The notes: generated by a model from the sequence alone, not told the origin. 64,000 bases of DNA from an uncultured Gammaproteobacteria bacterium (GCA_964450885.1 CAYVFE010000002.1:116494-180493); one strand, 5' to 3'; shown: positions 36,200 to 46,395, numbered from the stretch's first letter. Numbers and translations: made by a program.

Positions 36200-36763
36200 T
36201 TACGGTTTTCTGTCAGGAGCACTTCCTATAGTGCCCGAAAGATCCTGCAGGAGTTTTTCAACCAATGGTTTATTTGCACGCCTCAGCTGCTCAGTGATGG
36301 TTCTTTCCAAATATGCAGTATCTATCCTTTGATTCATTTTCTGAAGTTCCAGATCCTCCTTCATGCCCATTTGTTTTCTCATCTCAGCAAGCACAGCCAG
36401 TATCTTTGTAACCTCCTCCTCAACTATGAGAGATACTCCCATATGCACTTCGTCCCTGATTGTCGTTATGTATGACTGCCTGTGTTGGGAAACAAGTATG
36501 AATAGTGCCAAGAATATAGCCTCTAGAGACACTACAAGTGTCAAAAAACCAAAGGGATATGGGTCAAAGATAGGAATTAGAGGAAAATTCCCCGTATTTA
36601 CTACTATCCAAAAAGCAAACCAGAATATATGGAGCATCAGAAAAGTTGTCGATCCGCAAATTTCTGTCAACTTATCGGAAACCTGAGTCAGCAGTGAACG
36701 TGTTCGAAGAGATTTTGCTTCAAATGATCTAAAATACTTGTGCCTATTCTGGGCTACTTGCAT
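36200..36763 (-). CDS. DUF1003-family membrane protein
   Basis: 187 aa. HIFWFAFWIVVNTGNFPLIPIFDPYPFGFLTLVVSLEAIFLALFILVSQHRQ matches the DUF1003 core (FDPYPF...SQNRQ). Confidence 0.6.
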   Translation of the reverse strand: MQVAQNRHKYFRSFEAKSLRTRSLLTQVSDKLTEICGSTTFLMLHIFWFAFWIVVNTGNFPLIPIFDPYPFGFLTLVVSLEAIFLALFILVSQHRQSYITTIRDEVHMGVSLIVEEEVTKILAVLAEMRKQMGMKEDLELQKMNQRIDTAYLERTITEQLRRANKPLVEKLLQDLSGTIGSAPDRKP

Positions 36764-36819
36764 AGCTTAAGTTATCACAAATGTTGTGTTGATTTCAATT
36801 TTGCGATACTCTTTTAGCT

Positions 36820-37875
36820 GTGAACATAATAAGTGATGCGAATCTTCTCAAAAAGTTAAAACAGGAAAAACTCCGCTATGCTTCTGACAATTCTCCGGGT
36901 TACTTCAGACAAAAAATAAATGGCAAGTACGCTTATTATGATTTATCAGGAAAAAGGATTGCAGATAAGTCAAAGCTTGAAAGAATAGAAGGATTGGTGA
37001 TACCTCCTGCGTGGAAAAAGGTCTGGATAGCCCCTCGTAATAATGACCACGTTCAGGCAACTGGGATAGATGACAGGAAAAGAAAACAATATATCTATCA
37101 TCCTGACTGGATAAAGATAAGTCAGGAGAATAAGTTCGCAAAAATGCTCGACTTTGGCAAAGCGCTTCCTCTTATCAGAGGTAAAGTAAGATATGATTTA
37201 TCCGACCATAATTTGAGCCGGAAAAAGGTAATCGCAACGATAGTCTGGCTTCTTGAAAATACTCTGATAAGGATTGGTAATGAACAATACTCTGAGGAAA
37301 ACAACTCGTATGGTCTCACTACATTCCGCAACCGTCATGTGAAGGTTAAAAACGGACAGGCAATTTTTAACTATGTAGGAAAAAGTGGAATCGAAAATAC
37401 ACTCGCAGTAAATAATCCCGCAGTAGTCAAAGTGATCAAAAAATGCGTAGAGCTTCCAGGATATGAGCTCTTCCAATATGTCGATGACGATAATAACCGC
37501 CACGTGATAGATTCGTCTGATGTAAATGAATTCTTAAAGGATATAACCAAAGATGATTTTAGTGCGAAAGATTTTCGCACATGGGGAGCGACAAATCTCT
37601 CTGCGCACACGCTCTATAAAATTGGGCAAGCAACAGATCCAAAAATCCTGAAGCAGAACATAAACGAAACCGTAAAAAAAGTCGCCTCCCACCTAAATAA
37701 CACAGTGAGTGTCTGCAGGAATTACTACATCCATCCTCATGTCATAAAGTCCTACGAGACAAATCTACTTGTCCCTCATTTTGGTAAACATTTCGGAAGA
37801 AAACCTGCAATTTCGGGATTGTCGTGGAACGAAGAAGCACTACTTAACCTTTTGCAAAAGACGTTAAAGAGTTAA
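36820..37875 (+). CDS. DNA topoisomerase IB (poxvirus-like bacterial type)
   Basis: 351 aa. C-terminal VCRNYYIHPHV matches the TopIB catalytic Tyr motif (CRxSY(I/V)HP). Basic residues in RIGNEQY..., FRNRH. Size typical of bacterial TopIB. Confidence 0.75.
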   Translation: MNIISDANLLKKLKQEKLRYASDNSPGYFRQKINGKYAYYDLSGKRIADKSKLERIEGLVIPPAWKKVWIAPRNNDHVQATGIDDRKRKQYIYHPDWIKISQENKFAKMLDFGKALPLIRGKVRYDLSDHNLSRKKVIATIVWLLENTLIRIGNEQYSEENNSYGLTTFRNRHVKVKNGQAIFNYVGKSGIENTLAVNNPAVVKVIKKCVELPGYELFQYVDDDNNRHVIDSSDVNEFLKDITKDDFSAKDFRTWGATNLSAHTLYKIGQATDPKILKQNINETVKKVASHLNNTVSVCRNYYIHPHVIKSYETNLLVPHFGKHFGRKPAISGLSWNEEALLNLLQKTLKS

Positions 37876-37883
37876 ATATCTGC

Positions 37884-38612
37884 CTAATCTTTTATCTGCA
37901 AATAATGTTTTAATGTCACTATCCAGTCCTCCTGCACGAATTCGCTTTGGAGTTTTTGATCGAGCATCCACTCGAGATAACCTCTGTCGTATGCTGCAAC
38001 TTCTTCTATCTTTTTTCCTTTGTGCTTCCCGAATCCAAAAATCTTGAATATCACAGGCTCTTTCGAGATACGCTGCATTTCGGAGATTATCCTGCTTTCC
38101 TCCATTCCACTTTTTTTCATCCTCCCGAACAGAAAATAAAAGAGTGCCTCGAGGACCTTTATGTCGGATTTTGCATCATGCGAATAAGCATCTTCTACAT
38201 TTAGGTCATGATAATATCTCAGATACTGCAGTCCATACTCCGGTATTTCGGAATCTACATCAAGGGCTCTGGCGACTTTTAATGTGCATATATAGTTAGG
38301 AACCTCGAGCCCTTCCTGCGATAGCATTTCCATATCAAACTCCGCACTGTGTGCAACCAAAATATTATCCTTCAGGATTTTTTCAAGATCCTTTTTCATT
38401 TCGCTATCCTCAAATCCAGGCTTTCCATCAACCATTTTGTTGGTAACATGAGTGATGCTTTGAGACTTCACAGAAATCGGAAGTGGCGGCTCAAAGTATT
38501 CGCAATATGTTTTGCCTTCAAATTTATAGGCAACTTCAAATAGCCTATCTATATAGTAGTTGTTGCCGGTAGTCTCCGTGTCCAGAAAAATAAGCTTATC
38601 CATGAAGTCCAA
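37884..38612 (-). CDS. DnaQ-like DEDDh 3'-5' exonuclease
   Basis: 242 aa. Exo I LIFLDTETTG, Exo II VAHSAEFDMEML, Exo III YSHDAKSDIKV (H...D). Confidence 0.75.
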   Translation of the reverse strand: MDFMDKLIFLDTETTGNNYYIDRLFEVAYKFEGKTYCEYFEPPLPISVKSQSITHVTNKMVDGKPGFEDSEMKKDLEKILKDNILVAHSAEFDMEMLSQEGLEVPNYICTLKVARALDVDSEIPEYGLQYLRYYHDLNVEDAYSHDAKSDIKVLEALFYFLFGRMKKSGMEESRIISEMQRISKEPVIFKIFGFGKHKGKKIEEVAAYDRGYLEWMLDQKLQSEFVQEDWIVTLKHYLQIKD

Positions 38613-38676
38613 TTATAACATTATGAAAATCAATCTATTTCTCTCTTTTTCGCAAACATATCATAACAAGCAAACT

Positions 38677-39123
38677 TTACTTAGGAGAATAAAGACCATC
38701 TGCTCTTTGGAAAAAATTTAGCCTAAGTTCTGGATAAGAATTCTGGATTTCCATAAGATTTTGCTGATACAAAACAAGATATACGATATTTTCCCCAATC
38801 TCTTCCATATATAGCTCCATTATCTTTTTCTGTCTGGCTTTCGGGTCAAAGCTCTCGGGATCATAGGGAGACGTCGTTATCTCTATAAAACATTCTTTTC
38901 CGGATTCCAGATCAATTACTGGAAAATCCGGCCGGTGGCTCATCAGACCATACTCTCCGGTTCTGGGATTTATTCCTGATACTTGAAATTCAACGGTCTC
39001 ATAATCGGCCTTAACATTCTGCGTCCCTAGATATCTACCGAATTCTCTCTCGTGATGATGGGCTATATCTTTGAGATCATGAACACTCTCTATCTTTACA
39101 CCGCCTCTTTCAATTCTCGGCAT
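38677..39123 (-). CDS. hypothetical protein
   Basis: 148 aa, protein-like. Weak D...E.K-like spacing (PVIDLESGKECFIEIT), not diagnostic. Confidence 0.4.
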   Translation of the reverse strand: MPRIERGGVKIESVHDLKDIAHHHEREFGRYLGTQNVKADYETVEFQVSGINPRTGEYGLMSHRPDFPVIDLESGKECFIEITTSPYDPESFDPKARQKKIMELYMEEIGENIVYLVLYQQNLMEIQNSYPELRLNFFQRADGLYSPK

Positions 39124-39183
39124 AAAAAAATACTACCACATAAATTCATTATTTCCTATATCTAAGGGCTAATTCGAGCGAAG

Positions 39184-39732
39184 TTACAATCCTAACTTTT
39201 TTGCGCAGAGTCCCCAGACTCCCCACCCTCTCTTTTGCTGTAAAGCTTTACCTTTTTCTATCTGCTCTTCTTTCGATGCGTCTGAGGGCAATCCTGTTCC
39301 CCCTACACTATTCCATGCACCTTGTGAGAATTGAAGACCTCCATAATATCCATTTCCCGTGTTTATACCCCAATTTCCCCCTGATTCACAAGATGCTATT
39401 GCATCCCATATGTCTTCGCTTCCTGCATCTTTGGCAGGTTCTGGATCTTTTATGACGATGTGGCTGGCGGAATCGATTTCGGAATAGTCGTGTGAAAGGG
39501 TCGATACCGACTCTACAGCATATGAATATGGAAAGCTTAGATAGTTATCGAACGTTAATCCTTCCTTTGTATAGCCAAGATAAACCTCCTCTTCCTCTGA
39601 AAATGCCTGATGTGTAGTCTCGATAAATAAAAGTCCTGTGAAGACAAAAATTACGAGCAAGAAAGCCAGTCTCTCACCCAAAAAATAGAACGACTTATGC
39701 GCAAGTGTTTTTGCTTTTTGCATAAAGGGCAA
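39184..39732 (-). CDS. Rpf-like transglycosylase-domain protein (resuscitation-promoting-factor type), membrane-anchored
   Basis: 182 aa. N-terminal TM. C-terminal WDAIASCESGGNWGINTGNGYYGGLQFSQGAWNSVGG is the Transglycosylas/Rpf catalytic motif (CESGG...GLxQF). Confidence 0.65.
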   Translation of the reverse strand: MPFMQKAKTLAHKSFYFLGERLAFLLVIFVFTGLLFIETTHQAFSEEEEVYLGYTKEGLTFDNYLSFPYSYAVESVSTLSHDYSEIDSASHIVIKDPEPAKDAGSEDIWDAIASCESGGNWGINTGNGYYGGLQFSQGAWNSVGGTGLPSDASKEEQIEKGKALQQKRGWGVWGLCAKKLGL

Positions 39733-39962
39733 TTCCTATTATAGCAAATCAGTTCCTAAGTTTCTTTTCCTAGGCTCTTCTGACCTCGCCCACAAATCAG
39801 ATATACCGGAATTATGAAATATTGACTCTTTTCGAATTTTAGTCCTAAATAGTTATATATGACAAAAAAGAAAGGTCTTCCTAAAAGATATCACCTGATC
39901 ATACTGGGGATTATCATAATAGGCAGTATATTATTAGTAGTCTTTCAGACCAGCCCGGGCAT

Positions 39963-40718
39963 CTAATTCTCGACGGCGCGTGCCGCCTGACGGTATTTAC
40001 AATAATCGCAATCTTCACCAGATTTGGGAATCGCATCCAGATTCAAACACTCTATTGCATCTCGAATTGTCCGCTCTACCCAACTATCATCTCCATCATA
40101 TGGAAGGAGTTTTATGTTGAATTCCAACTTTGCGTCAAAAGCTTTTTTGTCAGCATCTCCGTTACAATAAACAAAATATCCAGTGTCGCTCACGTCAAAT
40201 CCGTTTTTCCGGAATAACCACTGATATATTTCCATTTGCCTTTTGTATCCGTCTTGCCATGGCGCATCCAGGCTCACTTCACCACTTTTAGATGTCGCTT
40301 TATAGTCAACGATAATAAGCTTTCCATCCGCAGACTTCCAGACGTCATCTACTCCCCCGGTCACCACCACTTTCGTACCTTCTATAGGAATAGTAATTCC
40401 ACGGCGCAATGAATCTCTCCACTCATCCATTTTTGAGTGAGAAAACGGTATGGCATCAACTCCATATTCTTTCATCAATGGATGCGCCGTGTTATTTGCC
40501 CTATGAATATCGAATTCTTTTTTTAAAAGTGCATCGACGGCAGAATTCAGGCTAAAAGGATATCCAGGAGGCTGACCGACACCCAGTCTCCTATCCATGT
40601 AAAAACATCTCGGACAACTTACGAATAGATCTATCTTTGAACGGCTTAGCCTAAATGGTTCTTGCGTGTTGGGGTCATATACATTTCTTTTTCTACTGGG
40701 GTTATAGTACTGGGACAT
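39963..40718 (-). CDS. Cas4/RecB-like PD-(D/E)XK nuclease with 4-Cys cluster
   Basis: 251 aa. Motif II-III IIVDYKATSKSG (DYK), QhxxY motif QMEIYQWLF, and one N-terminal Cys (SCPRCFY) plus three C-terminal Cys (CDYCKY). That arrangement is typical of Fe-S Cas4/AddB-type nucleases. Confidence 0.6.
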   Translation of the reverse strand: MSQYYNPSRKRNVYDPNTQEPFRLSRSKIDLFVSCPRCFYMDRRLGVGQPPGYPFSLNSAVDALLKKEFDIHRANNTAHPLMKEYGVDAIPFSHSKMDEWRDSLRRGITIPIEGTKVVVTGGVDDVWKSADGKLIIVDYKATSKSGEVSLDAPWQDGYKRQMEIYQWLFRKNGFDVSDTGYFVYCNGDADKKAFDAKLEFNIKLLPYDGDDSWVERTIRDAIECLNLDAIPKSGEDCDYCKYRQAARAVEN

Positions 40719-40800
40719 CTATCAATTATACTACTTCTATTCATGCGCCGGAAAGTGTCTTTGGCTTTCTTTCCGGCGCTTATACTACTATCATAGTCAG

Positions 40801-41340
40801 CTAAGCAGTCATGTAGTCGTGCGCATTCTCTATGCGTCTGACCTGTTCAGCATTATGATCATGAAGGATTGTTGTTACTTCGTTCTCCTCACCAAATTGA
40901 GTTGGTACGGCTATAACAACTCCACCTTCTTTTATCCTCTTCTCGTAGGTATGGGCATCCTGAGCACTAAGTCCTAGCTGACCCAGGAGTCCTAATATTC
41001 CTCCTGCAAGAGCTCCGGTCGCAGCAGCCGAAGTCGTTACAGCTGCAGCTCCTCCGAGACCTAACGCAGCAGCGAGAGGACCTCCTATAAATAGAGCGCC
41101 CAGTCCGGGAAGGATGCCTGCGCTAACTAGAAGCCCTGCAAGAGCTCCTACTACAGCACCCGTTGTTGCGCCTCCGACAGCACCACCTGCAGCCTTGCCG
41201 CTTTGTTCTGTAACCCTGTTGTTATCATCTTTCATGATGATAGTAAAATCCTTCGGGTTATAGTCTTTCGCTTCAAGAGAAGCAATCGCTTCCTCAGCGT
41301 GTGCTCTGTCCGGTAGAATTCCGATTATTGTACTTGCCAT
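40801..41340 (-). CDS. YflT/DUF1269-like stress protein with central Gly-zipper membrane segment
   Basis: 179 aa. Repeated N- and C-terminal motif (GILPDRAHAEEAIASLEAKDY / AHTYEKRIKEGGVVIAVP) flanking a Gly/Ala-rich hydrophobic core. Confidence 0.4.
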   Translation of the reverse strand: MASTIIGILPDRAHAEEAIASLEAKDYNPKDFTIIMKDDNNRVTEQSGKAAGGAVGGATTGAVVGALAGLLVSAGILPGLGALFIGGPLAAALGLGGAAAVTTSAAATGALAGGILGLLGQLGLSAQDAHTYEKRIKEGGVVIAVPTQFGEENEVTTILHDHNAEQVRRIENAHDYMTA

Positions 41341-41448
41341 ATCATTTCACCTCCCTTCATGCACATAAACTTTAGTTTATTAACCTCAAGGGAGTTTGAA
41401 ATGGGAGTAAACAAAATGTAAGAAATATTATTTAATCCAGCGAAAATT

Positions 41449-42015
41449 TTGGGCTATAATACACATATGCTCAGCTTTGTATCGACAAACAAAGACAAAA
41501 TAAACATGGCAAAAAGGGAACTCGATACTTTCGGGATTAGATTTAAACCTGTAAAAATCGACCTGATTGAAATCCAAAGCGAATCAGCTAGAACGATCGC
41601 GATCGATAAGGCAGAAAGTGCTTATAAAATTGTCAGAAAACCGCTTATCATCTCAGATCACGTTTGGGAATTTCCGGCATTGAATAATTTTCCCGGACCT
41701 TATATGAAATACATGAATATCTGGCTGAAAAGCGAAGACTTTCTCAATCTTCTTAGGCCCTATACTGACAAAAGGCTCATTTTTAAAGAGAATCTAATAT
41801 ATAAAGACAAAGATATCCTAAAGATATTTTCATATAAATCAGAAGGCAAAGCTCTCTCTAAGCCTCAAGGCAAGGGACTACCAGCGATGAGGATAGTCAG
41901 CTTTTTACCTGACGGAAAATCTGTCGCGCAGTGTCTAGGTGAAAATATAAGATTTGCGAAAAATTATTCGATCTGGGAAAGATTTGCAAAATGGTATCTT
42001 AAGAAATCCAGCTAA
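41449..42015 (+). CDS. Ham1/ITPase-family non-canonical purine NTP pyrophosphatase (tentative)
   Basis: 188 aa. FVSTNKDKINMAKREL...IISDHVWEFPALNNFPGPYMKY follows the ITPase pattern (TgNxgKxxE ... DDSGLxVdALnGxPGxYSaR). True start probably the MLSF Met. Confidence 0.5.
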   Translation: MGYNTHMLSFVSTNKDKINMAKRELDTFGIRFKPVKIDLIEIQSESARTIAIDKAESAYKIVRKPLIISDHVWEFPALNNFPGPYMKYMNIWLKSEDFLNLLRPYTDKRLIFKENLIYKDKDILKIFSYKSEGKALSKPQGKGLPAMRIVSFLPDGKSVAQCLGENIRFAKNYSIWERFAKWYLKKSS

Positions 42016-42307
42016 GATTTATCGTCATCCTTTTCTCTATTTTGTTTCTTTTTATGAATCCTGCCGGAAGTTCAATCACAGTATCATATTTGGGATTCCA
42101 CGCAAAGATTCTATTTCTGGAGAGATTTTCTTTTATCGTTAGGACCTTATTTTCTTTATCAAGCACGAGAACATCGATGGGAAATTTCATGAAGAATGTG
42201 TGGATCCCGAATCGCGTATTAAATAGTACTGGATAGGCCTCATCTGCTGTTATCAAACCGAAAGTTTTCTCTCTAATTCCCTTCAATCGCTTGACCTTTA
42301 GATTCAT
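41999..42307 (-). CDS. DUF192-family protein
   Basis: 102 aa. FGLITADEAYPVLFNTRFGIHTFFMKFPIDVLVLDKENKVL matches the DUF192 (COG1430) core. Confidence 0.7.
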   Translation of the reverse strand: MNLKVKRLKGIREKTFGLITADEAYPVLFNTRFGIHTFFMKFPIDVLVLDKENKVLTIKENLSRNRIFAWNPKYDTVIELPAGFIKRNKIEKRMTINLSWIS

Positions 42308-42692
42308 TAAATTTTGATAACCCTTCTAATACTCAGACCTATCGATCGGCTATCACCGTATTTGCTGATTCTTGAGCTTTATCATTAACCATAGTGTCTC
42401 CCCGCAATACCAAATATATAGCAAGCACAGTTATTATTCCCAGAATAACGATAAACACCCTCCTTTTATTTACTTGATTTTTGAACATACGAATTTCTAT
42501 CTAAGAAAGCTGTATTTAAAGATGGCTAGATGGTAACGGAGACTGAGTCTGAAAGATGATCTACTTATTGAAGGTCTTGCTTTATAAAGATGGGCAACTT
42601 TTTTTTGCATTATATATTATTGATATAAATTTTATCCTATGTCAACAGTAGATTCTTAAAATATTGGAATATATTGATATAGAATTATACTC

Positions 42693-43685
42693 TTGACAAA
42701 AAACACCGGTGTTAATATATATAAATTAGTGATGAGAAAGCTGCTGCCTATATTTATCGCTCCACTTATTATTCTTCTTCTGATTTCATCCCTATATACA
42801 CCTAACAAAAATGTCGCATTTGCAGAAACAGCGGAACACTTAGTAATCTCAGAAATTCAAATAGGTGGAGATGTTACCGGTGATGAATTTATCGAAATAT
42901 ATAATCCTACAGATTCGACCGTAACGCTTGATGGGTATAGACTAACAAGAAAAGCATCAGGAGCCGGAGCTGAAAGCAACCTGGTCGCAAGCATGTCAGG
43001 CACGATATCGCCGCACGGTTATTTTCTAGTAGCATCCAACGAATATGATGGGACAATTTCGCCCGACAATTTATACTCCAATACCGGAAACAGGCTCGGT
43101 GCCGGCAATGTTGTTGTCCTGTATAGTGACGCGGGGCTGACTGAGGTAGACAAGGTGGGATTTGGTGAAGCTGTCGATTCTGAGGATTCTCCGACAGAAA
43201 ATCCGGCACCAAATGGCAGCATAGAACGCAAAGCTACATCTTCCGCGAGCACAGAGAGCATGGGAACTGGAGGAAGTGACGAAACGAACGGCAATGGCGA
43301 AGATAACGATAATAACTCCTCTGACTTTGTTCTGCAGCCGCTATCAAACCCTCAAAACTCGCAATCTGCAGTTGAGATGGTAGAGTCCAGCCCGACAGAA
43401 AGTCCAACAGAAACACCTAGCCCCACGGATGACCCAAGCATTACACCTAGTCCGACAGATGAGCCCACAGATACTCCCACAACAACTCCTACGGACGAGC
43501 CTACACAAACACCCACCCCCACAGATGAACCAACTCCGTCTGAAAGCCCTACTCCTACACCGACAGCAAAACCTACGTCCAGAATGCTACTTGGATTTTT
43601 CCCTCTGTCAAGAACGATTTGCTATGTTGATTACTCGAGAGGTTTCTTTTTCTTCTTCCCCAAAATTTCCTGCGTAAGAATCTAA
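42693..43685 (+). CDS. secreted lamin-tail-domain (LTD) protein with Pro/Thr-rich linker
   Basis: 330 aa. N-terminal TM/signal. [38 protein letters not shown]...[12 protein letters not shown] is a canonical LTD. Then (PTx)n low complexity. Unusual non-hydrophobic C-terminal tail. Confidence 0.65.
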   Translation: MTKNTGVNIYKLVMRKLLPIFIAPLIILLLISSLYTPNKNVAFAETAEHLVISEIQIGGDVTGDEFIEIYNPTDSTVTLDGYRLTRKASGAGAESNLVASMSGTISPHGYFLVASNEYDGTISPDNLYSNTGNRLGAGNVVVLYSDAGLTEVDKVGFGEAVDSEDSPTENPAPNGSIERKATSSASTESMGTGGSDETNGNGEDNDNNSSDFVLQPLSNPQNSQSAVEMVESSPTESPTETPSPTDDPSITPSPTDEPTDTPTTTPTDEPTQTPTPTDEPTPSESPTPTPTAKPTSRMLLGFFPLSRTICYVDYSRGFFFFFPKISCVRI

Positions 43686-43715
43686 CGCTCTTTAATCCGT
43701 GATATCATATTTCTC

Positions 43716-44234
43716 ATGTTAGTTTTTATCATCAATTTTTTTCTTATTATTATCGGCCTCCTGCTTATTTACATAATTTATATACTTTCCTACTCTATTC
43801 TTTTTGGTGCACCTTTTGCCGTAACCCGAAAGCCCAAAATGGAAAAGATGCTGGACATGCTTCGACTTAAGCCTGGAGATAAATTCGCAGACCTGGGATC
43901 AGGCGATGGAAGGATCGTGATCGCGGCCGCGCGCAGAGGTGCGCAGGCCCATGGCTATGAGTTAAATCCTATACTTGTTCTCGTAGCAAGACGCAAGATC
44001 AAAAAGGCGCACTTAGAACACATTGCATATATCCATAGGAAAAGCTACTGGGATGTAAGTCTCAAAAATTTCACTGCCGTAACAGTCTTTGGTATAAAAC
44101 ATATAATGCCCTCACTGGAGAAAAAATTAGATCTGGAGTTAAAAAAGAATAGTCTGGTGGTAAGTAATCATTTTAAGTTCCCGAAATGGAAAATATACAA
44201 AAAGGAGGAAAATTTATACTTATATAAAAAGTAA
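43716..44234 (+). CDS. class I SAM-dependent methyltransferase with N-terminal TM helix
   Basis: 172 aa. FADLGSGDGRIVIAAARRG is SAM-binding motif I. N-terminal 30 aa hydrophobic. Confidence 0.6.
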   Translation: MLVFIINFFLIIIGLLLIYIIYILSYSILFGAPFAVTRKPKMEKMLDMLRLKPGDKFADLGSGDGRIVIAAARRGAQAHGYELNPILVLVARRKIKKAHLEHIAYIHRKSYWDVSLKNFTAVTVFGIKHIMPSLEKKLDLELKKNSLVVSNHFKFPKWKIYKKEENLYLYKK

Positions 44235-44669
44235 TATATGATATCACAGGATACGATTGGTTGATTTCATATCCACGCAATATCTCTACATAACTATGCC
44301 AGCAAGTCTTACGACAAAACTTTTTATATAATCAGTAAAAGCGTTAGTGGTTTTCTTTTCGGACTTTGCGTTATCAGCATAAGAGTCCTCTAGATCCACA
44401 CAGTACCAGCACTTTTCATGACGGTCGCTATAATTTTCCATAATTCACCACCTTCCTTATAGTAATCCTAAACTAATTTAATATAGTTCGGGATAGAAGA
44501 CTGTAATGGATATTACTAAAGTTTTGTAAGAAATATTACATTAAATCTCTCCTAGTTGAAGATTCCGGCTATCAAATATATAAAGCCATATATGGCCAAA
44601 ATAACAAATGCTATTATCCTTATCCAAAAGAAAAATTTGTTGAAATAGTGCATACGATTAGTATACACT

Positions 44670-45806
44670 ATGACAACTTGCTACATGAAAAAAAGCATCT
44701 TTTTTCTATTGGTACTAGCGATCTTAGGTCTTATCATCTTCTCGCTACTTTCCTTTACAAAAATCCTGAGTCGCTCAAACCTTCCTCTTGAAAAAGTGAA
44801 CATCATAGATGAAATAGAGATTCCTGCAGAGGATATTCCACGCGTGTCTGTCATCGCCGACAATCTCATGGTTCCCTGGGCCATCGCATTCTTGCCTGAC
44901 AGAAAAATTTTGGTTACAGAAAGAAATGGAGGGGTAAAGCTGATTGATGGTGACAATGTAAAAAAGATAGCAGATATTGATGTCGTCAGTACAAGTGAAA
45001 GCGGTCTTCACGGGGTTGCTATCGATCCTGACTTTTCTGACAATAATTTTATCTATTTATACTACACTACGCGTCCAAATGGTGAGAATACACTCAATCG
45101 CGTCTCAAGATTTTTTCTAGATGATGAGTTGACGCTCCGGGATGAAAAGATAATTATTGATAATATACCAGGTGCTCCAAGACATGATGGCGGAAGGATA
45201 AAATTCGGACCAGATGGGTATCTTTACATAGCAACGGGTGATGCAACCGAGCCTTCCCTATCACAAGACAGAAATTCTCTCGCAGGAAAAATACTTAGAG
45301 TGGATAAGGGTGGCGGAACTCCTGCTGATAATCCTTTTGGCAATCCCATATTCTCCTATGGTCACAGAAATCCGCAAGGACTGGCGTGGGATAACAACGG
45401 AAATCTATTCAGTACAGAACACGGGAATAGTGCAACAGATGAATTTAACGCAGTTGAGATGGGAGATAATTATGGGTGGCCTCTTATCTCAGGGAATATG
45501 TCGCGCGAGCAAATGCACTCACCTCTTGTCCAGAGCGGAAATGACACGTGGGCTCCTGCCGGGCTCGCATTTATCGACGATAAATTCTATTTTGGCGGAC
45601 TACGTGGAAATGCTTTATATAGAGTTGAAAAAGTAAATGATGAGTATCTCGTGAGCGAGTATTTCAAAGGAGAATTCGGCAGAATCAGGGAGGTGATCGT
45701 TGGACCGGATGATATGCTCTACATTACAACCTCCAATACCGACGGCCGTGGCATCCCATCTGGAGATGATGATAAGATTATTCGGATAAATCCGGCGAAG
45801 CTGTAG
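44670..45806 (+). CDS. PQQ-dependent soluble sugar dehydrogenase (sGDH/YliI family beta-propeller)
   Basis: 378 aa. Signal anchor, HGVAIDPDF, LYIATGDATEPSLSQD, GHRNPQGLAWD..LFSTEHG are the family motifs. Confidence 0.75.
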   Translation: MTTCYMKKSIFFLLVLAILGLIIFSLLSFTKILSRSNLPLEKVNIIDEIEIPAEDIPRVSVIADNLMVPWAIAFLPDRKILVTERNGGVKLIDGDNVKKIADIDVVSTSESGLHGVAIDPDFSDNNFIYLYYTTRPNGENTLNRVSRFFLDDELTLRDEKIIIDNIPGAPRHDGGRIKFGPDGYLYIATGDATEPSLSQDRNSLAGKILRVDKGGGTPADNPFGNPIFSYGHRNPQGLAWDNNGNLFSTEHGNSATDEFNAVEMGDNYGWPLISGNMSREQMHSPLVQSGNDTWAPAGLAFIDDKFYFGGLRGNALYRVEKVNDEYLVSEYFKGEFGRIREVIVGPDDMLYITTSNTDGRGIPSGDDDKIIRINPAKL

Positions 45807-46392
45807 CTTCCTGATCTTCTATCTTTTTTACGTTATCCTCCACAAATTCTATAGTATTGATGAGTTTTACCAAATCCTCTTCAAGATCCTTATCTTCTTC
45901 CTTTATGGTTACATGAACAGCAAAGCTTCTTACGTCTTTGTTCGGGACCTCATTTGTGTAATAATCATAGCTAACATAGTCTTCGCCCTCTCTTACCCAC
46001 TTTATCCATTTCCTGTCATTGATATCGAGCATATCTTCTGAGGCTATATCATCAGGCTTTAACATATCATAAGGAACCTCAGAGTAATACAAAGAATTAT
46101 CTGTCGCTTCAGGAATATTTAGGACAACATCTTCAATGACTGACCCATTAAATGGTTCTCTTTCCTCAGGCTTCCATTCCGCAGGATGATAAAAATTTAT
46201 CGTCTGGCCATCGTACTGTTCCCAATCGGCAGGCACCTGATAACTGTCTCCTGCTACCTGAGAACTCTCATCACTGGATTCATTAACTACAGTTTCATTA
46301 AGCACAGGGTTTCTTGACACACTGTACCCAAAATATCCGACTACACCTATAACCAGCAGAAGCAGTATCCAATTCTTGGAATCCATAGGCAT
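45778..46392 (-). CDS. hypothetical membrane-anchored acidic protein
   Basis: 204 aa. N-terminal TM (WILLLLVIGVVGYFGY), acidic body, no known motif. Confidence 0.4.
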   Translation of the reverse strand: MPMDSKNWILLLLVIGVVGYFGYSVSRNPVLNETVVNESSDESSQVAGDSYQVPADWEQYDGQTINFYHPAEWKPEEREPFNGSVIEDVVLNIPEATDNSLYYSEVPYDMLKPDDIASEDMLDINDRKWIKWVREGEDYVSYDYYTNEVPNKDVRSFAVHVTIKEEDKDLEEDLVKLINTIEFVEDNVKKIEDQEATASPDLSE

Positions 46393-46395
46393 ATC

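Noticed and set aside
39963-40718. Cas4-like nuclease as evidence of a CRISPR-Cas system
   Set aside because: No cas1/cas2/effector genes or repeat array in the window. Stand-alone Cas4/RecB-family nucleases are common outside CRISPR loci. Called only as a PD-(D/E)XK Fe-S nuclease.
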